A stretch of 64,000 bases of DNA from a virus (IMGVR_UViG_3300033067_002581:32001-96000), one strand, 5' to 3'; positions 48,429-58,337 are shown, counted from the first letter of the stretch. Notes: generated by a model not told the origin, from the sequence alone. Program-made: numbers and translations.

Positions 48429-48689
48429 TCACCTGATGTTGCGTCTATCGGCGTTTCTGATACGTGTGAGCACTCGTGACAGACCGTTAGTGATCGAATG
48501 CATTTTATCGAGGGTGCCATAGTCGCCCGAGTGACAGATCACCCTGCTTCGCTACTGGCAACACATCCTCAAGAAGCGATGTCAGTATGACTACGCGCTA
48601 GTGAGATGCTGATCTAATCTAGCGCTATCGTCATCTAGAGACTCGCTGATAAGTTTTCGAAATTCAGCGACTCCAATCGTTTTATACAT
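48429..48689 (-). pseudogene. frameshifted leader-bearing gene (MYKTIGVAEFRKLISESL...)
   Basis: TAATG-coupled start; TAG after 32 aa (48591); protein-like sequence continues in the -1 frame, then returns to frame 0 up to TGA at 48429. Confidence 0.5.
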
Positions 48690-48976
48690 TACACGGCCTT
48701 CTTCGCTGAACCGATGGCGCGGCGTGTAACCAAGGCCATCTTCTCAGAGATGTTTGCGATCTGACTAAGCAAGTAGATCGTCTTTGGCATGACCTCAGCT
48801 CCTGCCGCCGCGGCTGTGAAAGATTCATTTGCAAGAACTGAATCGCTGATCACGTCTAGTTTTCGAATAATGTTACCAAGCTGGTCGTTTGACCGCTCTA
48901 GATCTGGACTGATCGCCTCTCTGATTAGCTTCCTCAATGACTCAAGTTTCATCTCTGTGTTCATCATCCGATCCAT
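48689..48976 (-). CDS. hypothetical leader-bearing protein (MKLESLRKLIREA)
   Basis: shared leader. Confidence 0.65.
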   Translation of the reverse strand: MDRMMNTEMKLESLRKLIREAISPDLERSNDQLGNIIRKLDVISDSVLANESFTAAAAGAEVMPKTIYLLSQIANISEKMALVTRRAIGSAKKAV

Positions 48977-50160
48977 ATCATCTTCGGGATTGGGACATAC
49001 TTCAGCTGCTTAGCGACGTTCTCAGCGAGTGACGCCTGAACCTCAGCGAGCTTGTCTCTAGTCAGCGCTGACAGAAAATCCAGCAGCTGCTGGATCAGCT
49101 TCTCCTTGTCCTCGCGCGCCTGTGACACGAGGTTATCGCCGTTCAACCTGACTTCTGAGTTAGGTATGGGGATTGACTCAAACTTCGAGCGTATCAGCCC
49201 TAGTAGCTCTCTACACAAAGCGAAACAGTAGTCCCTGATCCACTGGCGACCTGGTGAGTTTATGTCCTTGTATTTCAGGACGCCGTACGGAGCGTTAGAC
49301 GGACCGGTCACGCCACCCATAGAGTCATCACCGTATGAACCGCTCGCGTATGATGGCGTCGTTGGGTCCTGTGGTGGCATCACTCTGATGTAAAGGTGAC
49401 CAAGCGTCAGCCCGCTGTTCGGCATGGGATAGATGCGAAGCTTCGTGCCAGTGATCTCATAGCTGTAATGAGACCGGCGTACCCTAAATGACTCCTCAAG
49501 CATGCCGCGGCGCAGGACGTCTTCAAAGACTGGCAGCACGTAGAACACCGTGCTGTTAACGTACGACTCGTAGTTGAAGTTCGTCGCGAGAAAGTTTGTC
49601 ACATTGCTCGCGTTAAGGAGAAACTGCTGCGCGGCGAGCGGCTCGAAGTGCATGACGTCTAGCACGCGCAGCTTACCGCGTGAACCCGACGGTAGCGTGT
49701 CAATCAGCCTCGAACCAGAGACGTCAGCTGACATGAGGTCTGAGTAGATGTCATAATCCTGTACGCCGATCTTTAGATCGAAATACCCGAGCTTCAGGTT
49801 GTATGAGCCTCCATACCCGCCGTACGAGGAGTACGCCTCAGACATCCTCATAAGGAACTCTAGCGTCTGCCTGACATATGTCGTCGACAGGTCAACGCTA
49901 CCGCTGCTACCTGTCGGCGTGCCAAGGACGACAACAAGCTCGGACTTTATCCTTGACTCGTTGATCAGCCTCGAGTACTCGAGGACAGCCTCCTCAAAGC
50001 ACGCCCAGATCTGCTTCTTTGTCAGCTCGACGCTGAGGACGTCATCACCAAGCTTTCGCTTGACAAAAACGACCATGCTGTCGGCGTCGCTCTGAAATTG
50101 TGGGTCTGCATCAAAGACGCCGAACGGCGTTGGGTTTGGTGTAAGCGCGAACGATGTCAA
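48964..50160 (-). CDS. neck / head-tail adaptor (gp13-like)
   Basis: RKLG..VLSVELT..QI..CFEEA, LRIYPMP, QWIRDY.AL.RE.LG.IRSKF..IPIP...LNG. Confidence 0.8.
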   Translation of the reverse strand: MTSFALTPNPTPFGVFDADPQFQSDADSMVVFVKRKLGDDVLSVELTKKQIWACFEEAVLEYSRLINESRIKSELVVVLGTPTGSSGSVDLSTTYVRQTLEFLMRMSEAYSSYGGYGGSYNLKLGYFDLKIGVQDYDIYSDLMSADVSGSRLIDTLPSGSRGKLRVLDVMHFEPLAAQQFLLNASNVTNFLATNFNYESYVNSTVFYVLPVFEDVLRRGMLEESFRVRRSHYSYEITGTKLRIYPMPNSGLTLGHLYIRVMPPQDPTTPSYASGSYGDDSMGGVTGPSNAPYGVLKYKDINSPGRQWIRDYCFALCRELLGLIRSKFESIPIPNSEVRLNGDNLVSQAREDKEKLIQQLLDFLSALTRDKLAEVQASLAENVAKQLKYVPIPKMIWIG

Positions 50161-50175
50161 CTGCTCTCCATGCTA

Positions 50176-50886
50176 TCAGCGCATCGGCGGGATTTGCCGA
50201 TCACAGACTCCATGCGAGACGTGTGGCTGACACAGGTACGTATTATCAGCCGCTGTCAGAGCGGTGAGCCCGATGCTACAAGTGCTCGCTGATTGCGGTG
50301 CGCCACACTCGATCCCGTACAGGTCAGCTGGCAGGTGGCATGTCTTCTTGGCCGCGAAATGAATCCTCTCGTGGACAAGGAACCTGACCTTCGCGCCGAT
50401 GCCGTAATAGTCGTCCCAAGCGTCCGGCCGAGTCGTCTTTGAGTCTATCTTCCCAGGACAGATATACGTCACGTTCGGCTCTGGATACGTGTAAGCCTGA
50501 TACTTGAGCGTCACACACAGGTAATCAAAGGCGCTCATAGTCGAGCCATTGACGACGAAGCTCTTCATGTCAGACTGCGCCATCTGGACAAAGTGAAACG
50601 TGGTTGGCAGCGCATAGTTTGGTGCGTCTGTGAAAGCCTTGGGCGCTATGAGCGCTGCGTTCTTCCACATGTCACACGTCCCATGTAGACCGCACCATGT
50701 CAGAACGTCATCAGTGATGATATACGACAGGGGCGTATCAAGATCAATATTCTCTGGTGTCTTGATCTCTAACGGCGTCGTCAAGCAGTCAAACTGGTGG
50801 TATGGATCTGATGGCGCCTGAGACGAGATGTCACATCCAATGATCATAGATAACGCAAAAACCGCAGCAGCTGTTCTAAAAAACAT
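50176..50886 (-). CDS. Cys-rich lipoprotein with HExxH zinc-metallopeptidase motif
   Basis: signal peptide ending IIG-C; FLVHERIHF. Confidence 0.6.
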   Translation of the reverse strand: MFFRTAAAVFALSMIIGCDISSQAPSDPYHQFDCLTTPLEIKTPENIDLDTPLSYIITDDVLTWCGLHGTCDMWKNAALIAPKAFTDAPNYALPTTFHFVQMAQSDMKSFVVNGSTMSAFDYLCVTLKYQAYTYPEPNVTYICPGKIDSKTTRPDAWDDYYGIGAKVRFLVHERIHFAAKKTCHLPADLYGIECGAPQSASTCSIGLTALTAADNTYLCQPHVSHGVCDRQIPPMR

Positions 50887-50912
50887 ATAGTCAGAATCTC
50901 CTTAGCAGGAGA

Positions 50913-52349
50913 TTAATACACAAAAACCGCAACGAATCCTTGAGCTCCGCCGCCGCCCGCGCCTGACGCCGATCCAGACATCGACGCTCCTCCACCGCCA
51001 CCGCCAGCGCCGTAGAGCCCACCAGCCCCGCCCGGTCCAGCGGCTGAACCTGACGTCACTCTTGTCGCTCCTCCACCGCCACCGCTGCCGGGACATAATA
51101 GCTGCACTGCATAACTCGTGCCAGCGCTGCCAGACCCTCCTGGTAGCGAACCGCTGTTCAACGCGCCGCCAGTAGAACCAGAGAACACTCTGATCATCGC
51201 GCCGGCGACCAGCGAGACGCCACCATCACCAGCTGTGCCAAAAGCGACGCCACCGTTCTGATATTGCCCGCCACCGCCGCCGCCAGGGCCACCAAGCGTG
51301 CTAGTAAAGCCTGGATTACCTGTGCTACCACCTGTCGCCCCTGGAAACATGCCCGGCGCGCCAGTGCCGCCTACGCCCACAAAACTCACGCGGCCTCCAG
51401 CACCACCTCCGCCTCCTAAAGATCGGAGGATCGCGCCAAAAAGTGACGGAGAACCATTGCTACCAGACACGCCATCAGTCACATCAACAACCTGTGATGG
51501 ACCTCCAGCGCCGCCGGCTCCGACTGTCACAGATATCGAACCCGTGACAGCGCTCTTTGGCAACGTGATGTCATTAAGCGCCCCGCCACCGCCACCGCCG
51601 CCGCCCTGCGCGATCGCGCCAGTCGCTCCTGAACCCCTCGCTCCTGCACCACCGCCACCGCCGCCGCCCATCGCCACGATGCGCACAAATGATCCCCTGT
51701 TAGGATCGACCCACGTTGAGCTTGATGTGAAGAATTGGATCAGTGGAGCCGGCTGATCGATCGAGCTAGTCAGCAAAACTGTTGACCCACTGATCACCTG
51801 CCCATACTGGTTCACCTGGACTAGCGAAAAAACGTTTACGATCGACGCTGATCCCGTTGTCCCGCCCGTCACGCGACCGTCAGCGTTAACGCTGACTGGT
51901 AGCATCGTTCCTGGTGTGGTGGTGACACGCGAGCCAGAAGTGATGCGACCCGCGGAGTCTGTAGTGATTTTAGAATACGTGCCAGCTGTTCCCGACGTGC
52001 CAGATCCTGACGTTCCGCCGACGATCTCACCACTAGCGTTCACGACGACAGCCGTATAGATCCCAGCCGCGAGTGTTGACACGGACCCTGATGTCACACG
52101 CCCATATGCGTCAGTCGTAACACGCGTGTAAGATCCCGAGACAGCGTTCGGTCTCATGCTGACGATGGTTGACTGCGTCGCTGCGTCATCCGTGACAAGA
52201 AACTGCGTTGAGAACTTTAGAACGAGTTCTTGTGGTAGAGTCGAACCGCTAGAGACAAAGTTGTAAGCTGATGAGCCATCGATCGCTGCATCAGGAGGCG
52301 GTCTGTAAAATGGGTATGTCTGTCGAAGCCTAGATGCATCTCGCAGCAT
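50913..52349 (-). CDS. Gly-rich tail/head fibre protein (paralog 3)
   Basis: repeats GxYxxVTxDxxGRVTSGS; poly-Gly C-terminal domain. Confidence 0.75.
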   Translation of the reverse strand: MLRDASRLRQTYPFYRPPPDAAIDGSSAYNFVSSGSTLPQELVLKFSTQFLVTDDAATQSTIVSMRPNAVSGSYTRVTTDAYGRVTSGSVSTLAAGIYTAVVVNASGEIVGGTSGSGTSGTAGTYSKITTDSAGRITSGSRVTTTPGTMLPVSVNADGRVTGGTTGSASIVNVFSLVQVNQYGQVISGSTVLLTSSIDQPAPLIQFFTSSSTWVDPNRGSFVRIVAMGGGGGGGAGARGSGATGAIAQGGGGGGGGALNDITLPKSAVTGSISVTVGAGGAGGPSQVVDVTDGVSGSNGSPSLFGAILRSLGGGGGAGGRVSFVGVGGTGAPGMFPGATGGSTGNPGFTSTLGGPGGGGGGQYQNGGVAFGTAGDGGVSLVAGAMIRVFSGSTGGALNSGSLPGGSGSAGTSYAVQLLCPGSGGGGGATRVTSGSAAGPGGAGGLYGAGGGGGGASMSGSASGAGGGGAQGFVAVFVY

Positions 52350-52362
52350 GTTTCACACTCGC

Positions 52363-53799
52363 TCAAAAAACGAAAACAGCGACAAGCCCGCTAGCGCCTC
52401 CGGCGCCGTTGCCACCAAAGCTACCCGTCATCCCACCGCCGCCGCCACCACCACCAGCCCCAAAAGCGCCGCCGGTGCCACCGTCGCCAGCAAACGTAAA
52501 ACTCTGATGAGTTCCCGCGCCGCCGCCGCCGCCCGCGCCCGGGCAGAGCAGAGAAGAAGAAAAACTAACACCGTTACCTCCAAAGCCTCCTGGAGTCGAA
52601 CCACTGGCGCCGCCGCCGCCGACGGACGATGAAAACGTCAGGATCACGTTGCTCATGACTAGAGAGACACCTCCCGCGCCACCTGAAAACGACGAGACGA
52701 CATTGTGACCGCCTCCACCGCCGCCACCTGGCGCGGCGCGGGTCGTCGTTGGCGCTGATGCGCCTACAGAGGTTTTCCCTCCCGCGCCACCCGCGCCCCC
52801 AGGATACATTCCGATTCCCTGAGCACCAGCAGCGCCACCAGCACCAGCGACGCCGCCCAATCCGCGATTGCCACCGTTCGCTCTAGCCAAAAGACCAAAA
52901 AATGACGCCGAACCCGTAACACCATTCGTGCCATTACCTGATGGTGATGGCACGGGCCCACCAGCGCCGCCCGCGCCGACGACAACCGAGATCGAACCCG
53001 TGACAGCGCTCTTCGGTAGGATCAAATCAGTGATACACCCGCCACCGCCACCGCCGCCACCACCAGTTGTCGTGCTCCATTTTGCACCCGAACCACCACC
53101 ACCGCCGCCGCCGATGAGAAAGATCCTGACGAATGAGCCAAACCCAGGATCGACCCAAGTCGAGTTTGACGTAAAAAACTGTGTCAGTTTTGCTGTTGGT
53201 GGTTGAGACGAAGTCGGTAGCGTTACTGATCCGCTCGTGATCAGACCGAACTGATTGACGGTCACGTAAGCGTACGTCCCAGCAAGACCAGCCGACCCAG
53301 TCGTGCCAGTCGTGACTCTACCAAACGAATCAACCGTGACTGTAGAGAACGTACCCGGCGTTATGTTATATGACGATCCGGACGTGACCTGGCCTTGCGC
53401 ATTCACAGCGAACACTGTATATGTCCCAGCCGAACCAGTCGTCAGAGAACCAGTCGTCCCACCCGTCACCTCGCCTGACGAATTGACCGTGACAGTCGCA
53501 TACGTTCCAGGCGTCACAGCATTCGTAGAACCAGATGTGACCCTGCCATACGCGTCAGTCGACACGATCGTATACGATCCAGACAAACCAGCTTCAGCGA
53601 CGTCTATCGTTGTTGATGAACTTGCTGGCTCATCTGTCACACGAAAGAAATTTGAGAAGCGTAGCGTTGTTTCTCGTGGAAGCGTTGTTGATCCCGTGAC
53701 CACGTACGTATACGCAGACGAAACTGACTGCGCCAGTGGTCTGCTGCTGTCAACAGTGAGAGGATACGTCTTTCGAGAACGTTGTGAATCAGACATCAA
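52363..53799 (-). CDS. Gly-rich tail/head fibre protein (paralog 2)
   Basis: same architecture, 478 aa. Confidence 0.75.
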   Translation of the reverse strand: MMSDSQRSRKTYPLTVDSSRPLAQSVSSAYTYVVTGSTTLPRETTLRFSNFFRVTDEPASSSTTIDVAEAGLSGSYTIVSTDAYGRVTSGSTNAVTPGTYATVTVNSSGEVTGGTTGSLTTGSAGTYTVFAVNAQGQVTSGSSYNITPGTFSTVTVDSFGRVTTGTTGSAGLAGTYAYVTVNQFGLITSGSVTLPTSSQPPTAKLTQFFTSNSTWVDPGFGSFVRIFLIGGGGGGGSGAKWSTTTGGGGGGGGGCITDLILPKSAVTGSISVVVGAGGAGGPVPSPSGNGTNGVTGSASFFGLLARANGGNRGLGGVAGAGGAAGAQGIGMYPGGAGGAGGKTSVGASAPTTTRAAPGGGGGGGHNVVSSFSGGAGGVSLVMSNVILTFSSSVGGGGASGSTPGGFGGNGVSFSSSLLCPGAGGGGGAGTHQSFTFAGDGGTGGAFGAGGGGGGGGMTGSFGGNGAGGASGLVAVFVF

Positions 53800-55226
53800 A
53801 ACACCATGACCGCCACGAGACCCGAACCACCATCTCCACCCTTACCGCTTGCAAAGCCGTTTGAGGACGCTCCACCTCCGCCACCTCCGCCACCGAACGA
53901 CCCGCCAGCGCCGCCCGCACCTCCAACTGCGCTAGCGCCGCCACCACCTCCGCCACCACCGCCACCGCCTGGACACAGGGACGAGACAGCATAACTCGCT
54001 CCGACACCACCAGCACCGCTGGGGGATGAACCGCTGTTCAAGCCACCGCCCGCAGAGCCAGAGAACGCGCCGATCGCAACACTTAACAGTATTGATACAC
54101 CACCGTCGCCACCGACGCCCTGGGCGCCGCCCCCGCCGCCGCCCGGAGCGCCAACAGCAAAGAATGAGCTAAAGGTATTCTGACCTGGGCTCGCGGCGCC
54201 CGTCGACGTATTTCCGCTGCCACCAGCGCCGCCTTGCTGAACGCCGACACCACCATTTCCGGCGCTACCAGCGCCAGCTAAAGTTCCAGCGTTACCACCT
54301 TGACCACCACCAGCCTTGAGCAGCAGCCCAAAAGTTGACATGCTACCTGACGCGCCATTGTTGCCAGCAGTGCTGTCAATCGTGATTGACGCACCGCCAG
54401 CGCCTCCAACGCCGACGGTCACAGGTATCGAGCCAGTGACAACGCTCTTCGGCAGGATGAAATCAGTGATCCCACCACCTCCACCGCCGCCGCCACCACC
54501 ACAGCCGGGTATCGTCCCACGAGGTCCGCCGCCGCCACCCCCGCCGGCGCCAATCAGAAAGATTCGCACAAATGAGCCAACACCCGGATCAGTCCAGGTT
54601 GCGCTTGATGTGAAGAACTGAACGAGCTTTGCGAGCGGGGGCATCGCGCTCTGCGGCGCGACAGTTGACCCACTGATCACCTGCCCATACTGATTGACGG
54701 AGACAGAGGCGTAAGAACCAGCTAATGCAGCTGATCCTGTGGTACCTGACGTCACCTCACCAGTTGAGTTGACAGTGACAGGAGCTAACGTGCCAGGAGT
54801 GATGATATTTGATGAGCCAGATGATACGAACCCAAGCGCGTTTGTTGTGACGATCGTATACGTTCCGGGTGTCGCTGAGAGCGTTGAACCGCTAACGACT
54901 TCACCGTTCGCGTTGACTACGACTGCGTAATACGTTCCCGGAGTGACTGACGCTGATGAACCAGAAATGATCCTTCCATACGCATCAACCGTCACAGACG
55001 TGTACGACCCTGTCGAACCCACGAGTCGCGCGTCAACGTTCGTCAGCCCAGAGCCTGGGACGTCCGTCACGTTAAACTGTGATGTGAAAGCGAGATTCAG
55101 GCGCTGTGTCAGCCTGATAGACCCAGATGATATGAAATCATATGGGCCCGAGGTCGTGAACTGCTGAGATTTTTGTGGAAATATCAGCTGCTGCGCCTTT
55201 CGGCGCCTGTTTAGATCAATCAGCAT
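53796..55226 (-). CDS. Gly-rich tail/head fibre protein (paralog 1)
   Basis: same architecture, 476 aa. Confidence 0.75.
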   Translation of the reverse strand: MLIDLNRRRKAQQLIFPQKSQQFTTSGPYDFISSGSIRLTQRLNLAFTSQFNVTDVPGSGLTNVDARLVGSTGSYTSVTVDAYGRIISGSSASVTPGTYYAVVVNANGEVVSGSTLSATPGTYTIVTTNALGFVSSGSSNIITPGTLAPVTVNSTGEVTSGTTGSAALAGSYASVSVNQYGQVISGSTVAPQSAMPPLAKLVQFFTSSATWTDPGVGSFVRIFLIGAGGGGGGGPRGTIPGCGGGGGGGGGGITDFILPKSVVTGSIPVTVGVGGAGGASITIDSTAGNNGASGSMSTFGLLLKAGGGQGGNAGTLAGAGSAGNGGVGVQQGGAGGSGNTSTGAASPGQNTFSSFFAVGAPGGGGGGAQGVGGDGGVSILLSVAIGAFSGSAGGGLNSGSSPSGAGGVGASYAVSSLCPGGGGGGGGGGGASAVGGAGGAGGSFGGGGGGGGASSNGFASGKGGDGGSGLVAVMVF

Positions 55227-55260
55227 CTAGGCTCTAGATAGCCATGATGCTGACACTAGG

Positions 55261-55686
55261 TCATGTATAGACTGTCAGCGAGCCAGATGACGCAAACACG
55301 CACCAAGACGTGCCGTTTGATTTCATCGCCGCAGAGCCACCGACAGGCACGATCAGGACCGATCCACGAGATGTTCCGTTAGAAAGCACAAACGTCTTAC
55401 CAGCATACGCACCAGAGAGCAGAGCTTGGTTCGTGCCGATCTCTGCGACGCTTAGTTCACCGCCAGGTGTATTTGCTGGGTTCGGGACTGTGAACAGAGA
55501 GCCAGACGCGGCGGCTCCGGTGATGAAATAGAAACCTGGAGATGGCGCTGTATACGAACCCACTGTCGCTGTGCTCGTCGCCAGCGTACCACTCCTAGAG
55601 ACTGACGGGACCTCGATGCTCAGAGAGCCGACGAGAGACGACTCCTCGATCACACCGCGGTCTGTGATACGAACGCTAACAGGCAT
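55261..55686 (-). CDS. putative small virion protein
   Basis: beta-rich Ser/Gly/Thr protein ending SNGTSWCVFASSGS. Confidence 0.6.
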   Translation of the reverse strand: MPVSVRITDRGVIEESSLVGSLSIEVPSVSRSGTLATSTATVGSYTAPSPGFYFITGAAASGSLFTVPNPANTPGGELSVAEIGTNQALLSGAYAGKTFVLSNGTSRGSVLIVPVGGSAAMKSNGTSWCVFASSGSLTVYT

Positions 55687-55764
55687 ATGCTTGATTCACT
55701 CGCTTTCTAGCACTTAGATATCTCTGCGTTTCACTCGGAGTGAGATTTGATAACGCCGTTGCTC

Positions 55765-56346
55765 TTATCGAATGACGAGCTGTATCATAGCCGCTTCATA
55801 GTCGTCAGTCTGCTGACCCAATGGGTTCCATCCAGATTTCATGCCAACAAATTGTACGTTATCGCCAAACTCTGACACGAACCTTTTCACACCAGCTGAC
55901 ACAAGACCGTAGTCATGAAAGATGATCCTTGTCGTTCCCGGTGAGATGGCGCTTACGACGTTGTCAAAATCTGATTTGACGCTAGCGTATGAGTGATCCG
56001 CGTCGATCAGCACGACATCCCAACGACCACGCGGGATCGAGGCAGAGTCGCCGACAACAAACTCACAGTTCTTGACGCCTTCTACGTTAGCCCTATCGAT
56101 CCTGTCTGGAGCGATGTCGATCCCTAAGCACGCCTCAAAGAACGGCGCGACTGAGCGCGTCGTGTAGCCAACGTCACAGCCGATCTCAAGGTACTTTGAA
56201 GTCGGAGTGCCGAAACTCGCGATCTGGTCTCTTAGCAACCTAGTCACGGTCGTCTTGTATGTCATCTTGTCTGGATATGTCATATGAACCACCTGTGGCT
56301 CAGCGCTTGTGAGATTTGATAGCTCTTTCCTGCCCGTACGCATCAT
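55765..56346 (-). CDS. class I SAM-dependent methyltransferase (Methyltransf_24-like)
   Basis: YLEIGCDVG, GIDI, LIDADHSY, IFHDY. Confidence 0.85.
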   Translation of the reverse strand: MMRTGRKELSNLTSAEPQVVHMTYPDKMTYKTTVTRLLRDQIASFGTPTSKYLEIGCDVGYTTRSVAPFFEACLGIDIAPDRIDRANVEGVKNCEFVVGDSASIPRGRWDVVLIDADHSYASVKSDFDNVVSAISPGTTRIIFHDYGLVSAGVKRFVSEFGDNVQFVGMKSGWNPLGQQTDDYEAAMIQLVIR

Positions 56347-56621
56347 TCAGAGTCTTGTGTCGACCTAGCAGCTTTCATTGTGAGAGTACAAGCACCACGT
56401 TCTATCGCCTTAGAGTCGCCGCTCTTACATCGCTTGACGATCTCGCTTCTAAGACGATCTGATGAGTCTTCGTCGCGCGCCGCGCAGCCAACAACGCCGC
56501 CCGACGACATCTCATCGATGTCGTCCTCGTATATCGGCGCGGTGTGATACGCGGTGTGCTGAGCTGATACGATCTCATGCAGCAGCGATGCCAGAAGTGT
56601 CATGGCTCTCTGAGGCATCAC
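56343..56621 (-). CDS. hypothetical protein (LASLLHEI leader-like)
   Basis: coupled ORF. Confidence 0.5.
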   Translation of the reverse strand: MMPQRAMTLLASLLHEIVSAQHTAYHTAPIYEDDIDEMSSGGVVGCAARDEDSSDRLRSEIVKRCKSGDSKAIERGACTLTMKAARSTQDSE

Positions 56622-56866
56622 CGTCTGATCGCCTCACCGATGAGCGCTCGCAGCCCACGTAACGCCCTGCTCTCCCAGGTGAAATCCTTCGTTGACAGGC
56701 CAAGAGAGTCCTCTATGTCCTCAAACGGTATCCTGTCACCGTGCTGATCTACGTAGAGAAAATCTGATGGGTCCTTATCGACGAGCCAGATCGCCAGCGA
56801 GCCGATTCCACCCACGCGCGTGATAGGTTTCGAGCTTGAGCTACTCTTCTCAAATACAGATATCAT
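56618..56866 (-). CDS. hypothetical protein with C-terminal leader-like motif (LRALIGEAI)
   Basis: 82-aa ORF. Confidence 0.55.
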   Translation of the reverse strand: MISVFEKSSSSSKPITRVGGIGSLAIWLVDKDPSDFLYVDQHGDRIPFEDIEDSLGLSTKDFTWESRALRGLRALIGEAIRR

Positions 56867-56867
56867 G

Positions 56868-57167
56868 TTATGATAGCGACTTGATGTCGCTCCTCAGGTC
56901 ACGATCCAGCGCGCTCCAGACCTCCTCTGTCAGCGCGATAAGCTCGCTAGCGACAGGTTCGAGCATCTCGTCAGGGTCATCTGAGGCACCAGCCATACTG
57001 TAATCCTCTAGGAACTCGCTGATATCCGGCGCGTCAGCGAGCTGGCCTGCGAGCTCCTTTATGACAGCATAGTGCTGCCTGATCTCTTCCATCAGATCTG
57101 ACGCTGACGCGCCGTTGACGGCCTCTTTTATCACCCTGACTAACTGCCTAGCTGACATCTTTCTCAT
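56868..57167 (-). CDS. hypothetical acidic leader-bearing protein (MRKMSARQLVRVIKEA)
   Basis: shared leader. Confidence 0.7.
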   Translation of the reverse strand: MRKMSARQLVRVIKEAVNGASASDLMEEIRQHYAVIKELAGQLADAPDISEFLEDYSMAGASDDPDEMLEPVASELIALTEEVWSALDRDLRSDIKSLS

Positions 57168-57549
57168 TACTTGCTCCCATATGCATTATATAACTTTGTT
57201 ATAAGCGCCACGGCGCGGCGCCTGTGCTTTTCTGCGGTGCGCCTCAACAGACCAATATCTTCAGACGCATCATCATCTTCAGCTCTGATGTCGCTATTAA
57301 GCTCTGAACACGTATGCATCTCATGAACGATCTGGTCGATAGATGACGCTTGAGAAGGCGTAAATGAAACTAACGCACGTTTTAAAGCGTTTCGAAATGA
57401 GGTTCGTCAGCATCACTATGCCATGCTGACGATATCAGCTCATCAGCTTTCAACAACAACTTCTGAAGCTCACCAGAAGCTAATTTCACGCCATTACCAG
57501 ACGCAGCCTCTCTGATGAGAGAGAATAACTGTTTGTTAGAGATTTTCAC
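57167..57549 (-). pseudogene. frameshifted leader-bearing paralog of the 57730-58236 gene
   Basis: GTG start MKISNKQLFSLIREA, stop at 57382; -1 frame continues SFRNALKRAL...LYNAYGSK to a TAA overlapping the next ATG. Confidence 0.65.
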
Positions 57550-57729
57550 AGATGTTAACTATCACGTGACCGACGCTGTCATACAGCATAGCGGCTCATC
57601 AGGTGTGATGAGGTGATGTGCAGATGATGTTTTATGCGTATTCAATAGATACCATCACTGACATACAGCGGTGAGAGACGATGAACTCATGTGCTCAAAT
57701 GAAAGGCGCATCATTTAGAACACGGCTGA

Positions 57730-58236
57730 TCATCTTTGAGACGCGGCCCATAGATCTTCTAACATGCTCATAACGTTTAGATGAGCGTGATCCGCGTCTC
57801 CACGAAGCTTATCGACGTAATCCTCATCTTCATCGAAATCACCTGTCTCTATCTCTGAGTTGATGTTAGAGACATCACCAATACCACCAACGATCTTACT
57901 GACGAGTGATCTGGTATTATCGGTAGCTAAACTCTCCAAACCAGATCTGAACGCATCAAGCTCATCCCAGTCAGCGCCACCAGTCATGAAGGCATCAGCT
58001 CTATCGGTGAGAGCCTCTAGGTTTGGAAAGCTCTCGCCTTTTTTCTTCTTCGACGACTGAAGCGCTTTCAACGCCTTTTGCGCAGATGATAGTATTGCGC
58101 TAACCTCAAACTCTGTCAGGTCGACGTTATCAAGCTTCTTGATGATACTTGCGACACCAGCACTCATCTTTCGACCTGCACTAACCTCTAATATGATCGC
58201 CGACAGTCGTCTCGCTGACACCTTCATAACGCTCAT
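57730..58236 (-). CDS. hypothetical leader-bearing protein (MKVSARRLSAIILEV)
   Basis: shared leader; start re-assigned using GGAG RBS. Confidence 0.7.
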   Translation of the reverse strand: MSVMKVSARRLSAIILEVSAGRKMSAGVASIIKKLDNVDLTEFEVSAILSSAQKALKALQSSKKKKGESFPNLEALTDRADAFMTGGADWDELDAFRSGLESLATDNTRSLVSKIVGGIGDVSNINSEIETGDFDEDEDYVDKLRGDADHAHLNVMSMLEDLWAASQR

Positions 58237-58265
58237 GAGTACGCATCTCCTATTCAACAAACGAC

Positions 58266-58331
58266 ACACGCCCGACTCTCGCCGGGCGTGTTAACTTGCA
58301 CGCTTACTGATCCTCATTATAAGTGAGGATC
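58266..58331 (-). terminator. two hairpins downstream of the major capsid gene
   Basis: GATCCTCA/TGAGGATC (58309-58331) and ACACGCCCG/CGGGCGTGT (58266-58291); U-tract weak. Confidence 0.5.
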
Positions 58332-58337
58332 GCTCCG

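Noticed and set aside
51298-54621. Poly-Pro plus-strand ORFs and CCG/CCA microsatellite-like runs
   Set aside because: Reverse complement of poly-Gly codons in the fibre genes
50913-55226. Diversity-generating retroelement acting on the fibre genes
   Set aside because: No reverse transcriptase in the window and differences between copies are not adenine-specific
57550-57730. Possible ncRNA or gene in the 180-nt gap
   Set aside because: Only short broken frames and no convincing structure; cannot be supported
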